Of a stretch of 64,000 nucleotides of DNA, positions 55,901 to 64,000 are shown piece by piece. A model generated the notes under the pieces. That model had not been told where the DNA came from, made no database searches, and saw only the letters and a program-made list of their open reading frames with translations. The stretch is taken from assembly GCF_963921235.1 (NCBI RefSeq), contig NC_086097.1:153452001-153516000 (forward strand). Direction: 5' to 3'. This stretch comes from Mobula hypostoma (taxonomy: Eukaryota). Positions within the stretch are counted from its first letter, which is position 1, and each line of letters opens with the position of its first letter. A program made the position numbers and the translations under genes.

Positions 55901-57925
55901 CCACAGCTTTCTCCTGGTACTCATCCCAATGGGCCAAAGAAAAATTGTACCTAACAGATCTCTCCTCAACTTCTACTATCAAATTTCTACCAAATCTACA
56001 TAATATAGGATTGTGATCACTTCCTAGTGTGTATCTGTCCATAACATCCCATTCCCTAACCCTAGCTAAGTTTGAGGAAGTGATAGGTAAGTCTAAGTGA
56101 CTACAAATATTCTTTACAATATTAAGTCTTGTAGGCCTTCCATCATTTAGTTTATCTAGAAACTCCTCTACCACCGCTCCATTACTATCTTTACTTTCAC
56201 TGCCCCATATAGGATTATGGGCATTGAAATCTCCAACCCAGATTACTGGGGATCTTACCTTATTCATAATTTCATCCAAATCTGATAACATCATATTATC
56301 TGGATTATAAAAGTTAATCAAAGTTATTTGACCACGAGAGCTCCAATCCTCCACAGCCACAATTTCAAGGTTAGATTTAAAATCAAGTCTTCTAAACTGG
56401 AGTCCTGTTTTTATGAAAGTTGCACACTAGATTTACCCGTTCTGTCAGCTCTCAAACCATCATATCCAGGGATCACAAAATCTAAATGAGGCTTTAACCA
56501 TGTCTCCTGCATACAGATCAAATCAGGCTTGTCTTTAAAAGTTCCAAGAAATCTTTTTAATTCTTGACCATTTGCAGATAAACTTCTTGCATTCCATTGT
56601 AATATTAAAAACATCCAAATACTAATTATTGGCCTCTTCATCCACATAAAGCCCCTCTGTACTCTCTGATCCCAACAACTGGAAAGTATTCAGTGATTGT
56701 TTGTCTGTCATATACTCATGTAATTTTTCCGGCAAAATCTGTTTTATATCAAGGAATCTCTCTGCAGCTCCAACAACTACTTTTATCATATCCAACCTCT
56801 TGGCTGTAGTTTTAGCCCCAACCAGTACATCAACAACAAATGCCAAAAAAAGACTCTTTAGTCATCAACAACATGCCTAAAGGAACCATAGTTGGAGAAC
56901 TCGGAATGAACTGACTCCCCATCATTCCAAACTTTTCTTTACCTATCCTTTGCTCTCTATCAACTTTCCTTACTGCCTCAGCATATGATATTTTTTGTTG
57001 GATACTAACATCCTGAATTTACTTTGCCTTACTAAAATACTCACATCCTCTGAACGCCGCTATATGGTCCCCTCCACGGTTACTGCATTTAGGCACCGCT
57101 GCCTTACATGCTTTAATATCATGATCCTCTCCACATTTCATACATCTTCTTTTACCTCAACATGAACCGGCAACGTGTCCAAATCTCTGGCAATTACAAC
57201 AGCGTAAGGGAGGCCTAATGTATTCTCTAACTTGATAAGACATGCACCCAAGATAGACCCAAGGAAGAACATCACCTACAAAAACCGGAAGAATAGGGGA
57301 ATCCCAATTACCACCTTCTCTCGATTTTAATCATTTGGTTTCAATCACTTGACCACCTTTAATATTGTCCAAAATTTCCTTTTCAGTCATGCCAGACCAA
57401 ATAACATGAACTACCCCCTTAACTACTTTCTTTTCTTTCAGAGTAATACACTCCACTTATACAACCAATTTTCCCACCATTTTAGCACTGTTATATTGGT
57501 CAATATCTTTGCAACAAATTTTCAGCAATCCATTAGACAAAATCTTGGCCTAGAATCCTTTACCTATTTGGTTCTCTACTGCTGCTGCCACTTCCAAAGG
57601 ATTAAGGGCTCTAAATCCTCTTCCTCCTTCCTTCTGACCTTTAGTTTTATACAGAACTATTAATTCCTCCAATTCACCCATTTTCCTCAATTTGTTGTCC
57701 CCCATTACTTCTGGTCTTTCACTTGATGCACCCTTTTTTTGGCTACCCTTACTTTTGGAGAATTCCACAGTCTCCCACCCTCCCCCTTCAATCTCAACCC
57801 CCCCCTCCCTTTTGCAGCCATAGGCTACAAACTAACCCTTTCCAAGCTACTAGGCTCCTCCACACCAAAGTCCCCACCCACTCAATCAACAGCCCCAACT
57901 GCCAGACTCCTTCCCCCATCGCCAC
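52953..57925 (-). mobile_element. Nimb/I-group LINE copy 1, full length (ORF1 with CCHC knuckles; ORF2 EN-RT-RNase H), disrupted
   Basis: ORF1 57768-56622 (CCNCQRFGH, CMKCGEDH); EN ILQWNARSL, QETWL, GDFNAH, GSDH; RT QHGFR, FLDIERAYD, PQGSVISP; RNase H FTDGS, WIPGH, GNE; (GAA)n tail; flanked by GAGCACTGAA. Confidence 0.9.
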
Positions 57926-57939
57926 GAGCACTGAAACTT

Positions 57940-58895
57940 CTTCTTCTTCTTCTTCTTCTTCTTCTATTTCGGGCTGTTTAGCCACATCTAGGCATATTAC
58001 AGCCCTCCACAGGATGTATAATTAATTACAGAACTTCAAGGAACTCAAATTCTCGAACACAAGCTAGTCTCACGTATAAACTGAATAATAGACTCTTCAA
58101 TCAGATGTTGATTCTCTTGATGGCCAAACAAAGATTGAATAGAAAACCAAAATAAATTTAAGCCAGATAGCCTCTTGAACAGCATGCTTCTTTCAATTTT
58201 GTATCGATTACAACTCAGCAAAACATGCTGGACTGTCTCTGGACTACCACAGTCACATAATCCAGTAGGATGTTTTCCTATTATCTTTAAATAATAGCTT
58301 AGCCCACAATGCCCCAACTTAAGTCTTGTAAATTTCACTATATCTCTACGACTTAAAAGGTAACAGTCTGAGACATTTTTAACTAGTGGGTGACTAGAAA
58401 AATAATGCCTGCCCCTTAATTCATTTTTCCAATCCTCCTGCCACTTCTTCTCTATACCTTTTTTAATCCTACCTCTCAATTCTGCTCTGCCTAGGGGAAC
58501 TCTAATTTCTACTTGCCTGCTCTGTAAGGAAGACTTTGCAATGCCATCCACAATTTCATTTCCCTCCACCCCAGCATGCCCAGGTATCCATGAAAATCTA
58601 ACTGCACAACCCATCTTCCCTACTCTAAACAATACTAAGAGAATCTCAATAACTATGTCAGGACAAGCTTTTGATTTATTCCTTTTTATAGACTCTAAGG
58701 CAGCAGCAGAATCCAAACAGATGATAACGCTATGTGGTTGAGAGTCTTCTATCCACCGTAAGGCCCAGAGGATTGCTAATAATTCTATTGCAAAGACGGA
58801 AACACCATCTGAAACCCGGTGACCAATCTTAACTCCAAGTTGAGACACATACATCCCAAATCCTGCCCTACTGCTCTCTGGGTCCACTGAGCCAA
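57940..58895 (-). mobile_element. Nimb/I-group LINE copy 2, 5'-truncated, same family as copy 1
   Basis: Open 280-aa frame 58045-58887 (RNase H plus C-terminal CDCG...HVLLSC), highly similar to 53049-53895; (GAA)n tail. Confidence 0.92.
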
Positions 58896-58908
58896 AGCAC
58901 TGAATCTT

Positions 58909-60867
58909 CTTCTTCTTATTATTCTTCTTTTTTGTTTTATGGCAGTTGGCAACCAGTTTTCAGTGCATTACCGCCACCTGCTAGACTTGTGGTGTTCCAA
59001 CCAAAAATGTCCTGGAGTTCTCTACTTTAGACAATCTAGTTCAGCCTGCAGTTCTCTATTAGCATCACTGTGTAGTTGCAATTCCTCGTGAATGCTTAAT
59101 GCGCTCATTAGATAATGCTGCAAACTGCTATTCTTCCCTAATTATGTCACTTGTTTTTGCGTAGTTGCATTACCTCAATTACATTGATTTCATCTACATC
59201 ACTTGTAAGACTAAAATTGTCTTGTTAAAGAATAGTAATTATCGCACATTATACTTTTAAAATAGCTGTTTTTCCAAGTCTAACTGCTTTTTCATGTTTT
59301 CCTTTCCTTGGATCGTAGCCTGCAGTTGTTTACCGAGACCTCGGAGTTCTCCTTCATTTGCGTCCATGTTTTCATTTTATAATCTGAATGTAGATAATTC
59401 ACTTTACAACAACTTCCTTTTCCTTTCATGTCCTTGTAATAATTTCCTCTATTTTCCAACCTCTTTCCAACTCACTGTTGTTCTTGTCGGGTACTTCTTT
59501 GTTGTTGGAGTTCTGCACATTTACCTTGGGCTTCAACCATAAAATCTGGGTATTTTCCTTAAATTCTGAAATATTTCTTAAATTCTTGACCATTTGCGAT
59601 AAATATACTGCCATTAAGATTCCATCTCCCCTGCCTGTGAACTGTTGGATCCTCCATTCAGAGTATCTTTGACTTCTTCCCACCTAATTCCTTTAAGACC
59701 AAGATATTTTTCTGTAGACTTGACGATAATTTTAATTTTATCAGTTCTTTTGCTTGTTTGCGCTGAACAATTAATTGCATCCACCATAAAAAGCACAAAC
59801 TCCTTTCTACTCATTAATAGTGTATCCTTATTTTTCCTATTACAGCTCTCACAATTCACCAGTTTATTATTCCCTGTATTTGTTCGCTTGACAGCCTTTT
59901 TTTCATCAAATTCTTTCACTGCCTCTGGATAACTGATCCCTTGAGTTACTTTTACATATTGTATCTCAGCTGCCTTCTTGCTATAAATGCACCCTCGATA
60001 AGCTACACTTTCCTCACCACAATTGCAGCATTTCAGCCCAGCGCCCGCTTAACGTTTCCCATATTCATGTTCTCCAGCACATCTTCCACATCGTTGTTTT
60101 CCTCTGCAGACCACTGCAATGTGACCGAATTTCTGACATTTATAGCATCTTAAAGGTAGTGGTATATATATATTCTAACCGCATAACACATATATCATAA
60201 GTAAACGTTAGTCAGCAATCTCTCTTCATCAAAGTTAATCATTACCGATAAACTATCACACTTTTTCCTATTTCTTGTAACTTCCAAATGTTTGGCCTCA
60301 ATAATTTTTGCTCTTTTTATGTTCTGTTTAATCTCATCCATAGTAACTTTTGTTGGTATCCCTGAAATAATTCCTCTAGTCCACTTTCTATTGTTGGGTA
60401 TTGAGCACTGTGCTTCTTTGCCGTCTATTTTACATAATCTTATCACTTTTCCTTGCTGAGCACTATCCTGACAAATCACTAATAGTGATCCATTTCGTAA
60501 AATCTTTGCTCCTTTAATCTTGCCTATAATTTTGTTGAGCATCTTCGTCAAACGAATTGGGTTCCAATCACCAAAAGATGCCCCGTCTTCACCTAGTTTT
60601 ATAATTGCTTTAATCTCATCTTCTTTCCATTGTTTTGCTGTCCTGCTTTGATCATCCGCTGACTCCTCAGTGTTTGATATCCCGTAGCTCTGCTTTCTTT
60701 TCTTCCTCTTTCCATTCCATTCCTCTTTCCTGCTGACCCCCATCTCTAGTTCACTTCCTTCAACAGCTTGGCTCTTTCCTTGATGTTCTCTCTCTCTGCT
60801 ATTTTCCAGTCACAACTTAACTCTCTCTTTCCACAACCGACCGCCAAGGGTCAGACATAGCCCAAAA
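58909..60867 (-). mobile_element. Nimb-like LINE copy 3, different family, ORF1 retained and ORF2 almost entirely deleted
   Basis: ORF1 60743-59614 (LRNGSLLVIC, GIISGIP, CYKCQKFGH, CGRCAGEH, CCNCG); only an EN start (IANGQEFKKY...WLKPK) follows; 3' end GGTGGCGGTAATGCAC plus (GAA)n. Confidence 0.8.
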
Positions 60868-62178
60868 CACTGAATCTTGGTTCGGATGTTCCTTAAATAC
60901 TCAATTCTTGTTACTCAAAACATGATTACTGATTAGAGGGACCATTCTGAACACTTCAAGGGACCACGCCTGGGATCCATACTCTGGGGAGCTTGAGCGT
61001 CTAAATCCTAGAAATCCACTAAATCCACTGTTGGGGGCGTCCGGTAATATTAAATTTAGATTATATTTAAAATACAGCTCTGGACAATAGGTTCCTAATA
61101 GCAGTGAACCACAGTTAATTGGAAGACCAAACAATGCTGATTTAAATTCATTTGGGTGTCTGTAGCGTGTGCAAATAGTGAGGTGTGAAGTTTGTAGTTC
61201 AAAGTAGGCATTGTGGTTACATGTAAATATGGAGTTTCCCTTTGATATTTAGCATATAAAATGTCATTTAGTGTAGGGTCAAACAGGCCTTTTCCTCTGA
61301 AAGAGTCTCAATATGATGCCTGTTGTGCCTAATTTTGTTGATTAAAGAGACTACTTAATATCTACGAGCTACTTCTCTCTGGTGACTTTGTTCATGTGAC
61401 AACAGGAGCTCTAAGAAAATGTTTCCCTCGCAAGGTAGATTGGTATAAAATAACAGTGTCATACAAAATGTACTATGTAGAACCTGTCTGTAAATGTTTT
61501 CAAAAATATTCTGGATTAACCTTAGATGTGGGGACACCCATCTTAATAAGTGTTATTGTAAATGAGTTACAACCTAGGTTAAAGAAAACATATATGGTTA
61601 CTTGAATGAGATGAGAAGAACTAAGTAAAATTGTGAATGTCTTACAATATTGCCAAAAGCAATTACATCAAATGATTAAAACTGCCCAGGGGAATGAGGA
61701 CTTGTTTGAAACTTCCCAGTTGCTCCACTATAACCTCTGGGTAATAGTATACTTTGCTTTAAAAATACAGGTCGACCTTCGCTAAACCGGCACCATTGGG
61801 ACCTGAGGAGTGCTCAGGACTAATCAAAATAGGACATACATGGTAAATGGTAGGGCATTGAAGAATGCAGTAGAACAGATGGATCTAGGAATAATGGTGC
61901 ATAGTTCCCTGAAGGTGGAATCTCATGTGGATGGGGTGGTGAAGAAAGCTTTTGGTATGCTGGCCTTTATAAATCAGAGCATTGAGTATAGGAGTTAGGA
62001 TGTAATGTTGAAATTGTATAAGGCATTGGTAAGGCCAAATCTGGAGTATTGTGTACAGTTCTGGTCACTGAATTATAGGAAAGATGTCAATAAAATTGAG
62101 AGAATACAGAGGAGATTTACTAAAACGTTGCCTGGGTTTCATCTCCTAAATTACAGAGATAGATTGAACATGTTAGGT

Positions 62179-62759
62179 TAAGGCATGGATTTATACACAT
62201 CGGGAGAACCGGACGTTTATACACAGCGGGAGCACCGGACGTTTTTAATTCCACATCCCATTCCCATTCTGATATGTCTATCCATGGCCTCCTCTACTGT
62301 CAAGATGAAGCCACACTCAGGTTGGCTCATATTCCGTCTGGGTAGCCTCCAACCTGATGGCATGAACATTGATTTCTCAAACTTTCGCTAATGCCCCACC
62401 TCCCCCTCGTACCCCATCCGTTATTTATTTATATACACACATTCTTTTTCTCTCTCTCCTTTTTCTCCCTCTGTCCTTCTGACTCTGGGTTTTCCCCCCA
62501 CCTCCCCCTTGTCTTTCTCCCTGAGTCTTCCTCATATCCCCTTTGCCAATCACCTGTCCAGCTCTTAGCTCCATCCCTCCCCCTCCTGTCTTCTCCTATC
62601 ATTTTGGATCTCCCCCTCCCCCTCCCACTTTCAAATCTCTTACTAGCTCTTCTTTCAGTTAGTCCTGACGAAGGGTCTCGGCCCGAAACATCGACTGTAC
62701 CTCTTCCTAGAGATGGTGCCTGGCCTGCTGCGTTCACCAGCAACTTTGATGTGTGTTGC
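62179..62759 (+). mobile_element. Penelope-like element 3' fragment
   Basis: LIFRLGSLQPDGMNIDFSNFR* (GIY-YIG C-terminus); 15-bp duplication TTGAACA[T/A]GTTAGGT at 62164-62178 and 62760-62774. Confidence 0.85.
62661..62696 (+). ncRNA. Minimal type I hammerhead ribozyme motif (Penelope-associated)
   Basis: AGTC-CTGACGA-A-GGGTCTCGGCCC-GAAAC-ATC-GACT: conserved core boxes, stem II and stem I. Confidence 0.7.
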
Positions 62760-64000
62760 TTGAACAAGTTAGGTCTTTATTCGTTGGAGCATAGAAGGTA
62801 GAGGGGGGACTTGATAGAGGTATTTAAAATTATGAGGGGGATAGATAGAGTTCACGTGCATAGGCTTTTTCTGTCCAGAGTGGCAGAGATTCAAACAAGA
62901 GGACATGAGTTGCGAGTTAAAGGGCAAAAGTTTAGGGGTAACATGAGGGGGAAGTTCCTTACTCAGAGAGTGGTAGCTGTGTGGAATGAACTTCCAGCAG
63001 AAGTGGCTGAGACAGGTTCGATGTTGTCATTTAACATTGAATTGGATAGATATATGGAGGAAAGGAATGGAGGGTTATGGGCTGAGTGCAAGTCGGTGGG
63101 ACTAGGTGAGAGTAAGAGTTTGGCACGGACTAGAAGGGGTGAGATGGCCTGTTTCCATGTTGTAATTGTTATATGGTTATATGGATTAGTGAAAATGCCG
63201 GATTACTGAAGGATCACATTAAGCATTAGCTAACCACCTTATCATACTTCTAAAATATCATGTAAATCGGAACAAGTTAGATAATAATGAAACAGAAATA
63301 TCAAATGAGTAGCAAGTGAAATTTTAATAAAGTAATATACTATACAGGCACAGATAAAATAAAAAGTATAGGTAAATGTACTGGAATTAATTTATACAGA
63401 AAAGTTGAGCACTTCCCACTTCTAAAGTGAGAAGTTTAATATACCTTCAGGCAAAGTTACATGTTTGCAAGTGTGGGGTTGTTAGGATCATCAACATCTT
63501 CATTTTGAAAATGAGTGAAGCAGCAGGAACTGGTGCTGAAACTGGTTGGTGGCAGCACATCTGGGTGAGCAGAAGTTGATGGCACTGGATTTTGAAGTGT
63601 TAGCTCCCCTGTTGCACTTTTTCTAGCAATTTTTTTGAACATATCTTCCAAGGTAAGCTGTTTTGTATATTTTGGTCTCTCTCTGATTAGCTTATCCTGC
63701 AGCATATAAACACTCATTATTTCTTACTCAGTTATAAAACTTTGTTGCTCTAATCCTTTCAGCATTCACCTGTCAACTTAATTAGCCTGTCAATAGAAAG
63801 TCTGTCTGCTACAACTTCCTTATCTTCATCACTGCTTTCTCCTCCAATTTCTTCCTTCCCCGGATGTACAACCATCTGCACAATTTCCAAGTCAGTATAA
63901 TGATGAACAGTAGGCTCATCCTCATCTATATTCATCCGTTCTTCAACATTGCCATCATTGAACCTTGATGCAAGATCCTTGGCAGCAGCATTAGTTAGCT

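Larger units (their letters stand above)
46443..61049 (-). mobile_element. sushi/Tf1-like chromovirus (Ty3/Gypsy), internally deleted
   Basis: LTRs 46443-46835 and 52807-61049 (split); PPT-like TAGGGATGGGGG next to the 3' LTR; gag PETFNGDLGSCHSFLTQC (52600-52690); RNase H remnant (~47900-48110); integrase PWAHIFMDFVTGL..IVDR; chromodomain-like remnant ~46900-47000; protease and RT mostly absent. Confidence 0.8.
46368..61404 (+). mobile_element. Old solo LTR (copy B), split into 46368-46442 and 61050-61404
   Basis: Both halves align to 28902-29301; TATAAAA near 61255, ATTAAA near 61341, AACA end; 5-bp TSD GGAGC at 46363-46367 and 61405-61409. Confidence 0.75.
61814..63182 (+). mobile_element. 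CR1 3' fragment, split by a Penelope element
   Basis: DLGIMVHSSLKVESHVD.VVKKAFGMLAFI; RGDLIEVFKIMRG; WNELP; (TTATATGG)n tail. Confidence 0.9.
61768..64000 (-). mobile_element. Tigger/pogo-like DNA transposon running off the window, split by CR1
   Basis: TA-CAGGTCGACCTTCG terminus; sequence resumes at ~63183; minus-strand acidic transposase C-terminus ending KQLTLEDMF (63457-64000). Confidence 0.65.

Noticed and set aside
62391..62801. 136-aa and 112-aa overlapping ORFs
   Set aside because: Low-complexity pyrimidine/purine-rich Penelope UTR with no domain signal.

Overview
This is eukaryotic, non-genic, repeat-dense DNA. The repeat repertoire (CR1/HER1-like LINEs, V-SINE/HE1-like SINE, Rex1/Babar, Penelope, Nimb, Gypsy, Tigger, hAT, Tc1) suggests a cartilaginous fish, probably a ray; this is inference. 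I found no host protein-coding exon, rRNA, tRNA gene or CRISPR array, and every recognisable ORF is a transposable-element remnant. Two deep nests dominate. (i) A Rex1 fragment hosts a Gypsy element (16691-23064), which hosts a 5'-inverted RTE LINE and a CR1. (ii) An old solo LTR (46368-61404) hosts a sushi/Tf1-like chromovirus, which hosts a full-length CR1 plus a head-to-tail stack of three Nimb-like LINEs. All three Nimb copies sit at the same ~11-14 bp target (CACTGAA[T/A]CTT), which overlaps the predicted start/self-primer of the host LTR, and one of them is an ORF1-only derivative. Also present are composite hAT MITEs carrying different cargo, a Tigger with a long internal hairpin, and a Penelope fragment with a minimal hammerhead ribozyme. 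All family assignments are from motif recognition by eye, not database searches, and the boundaries of old fragments are approximate.
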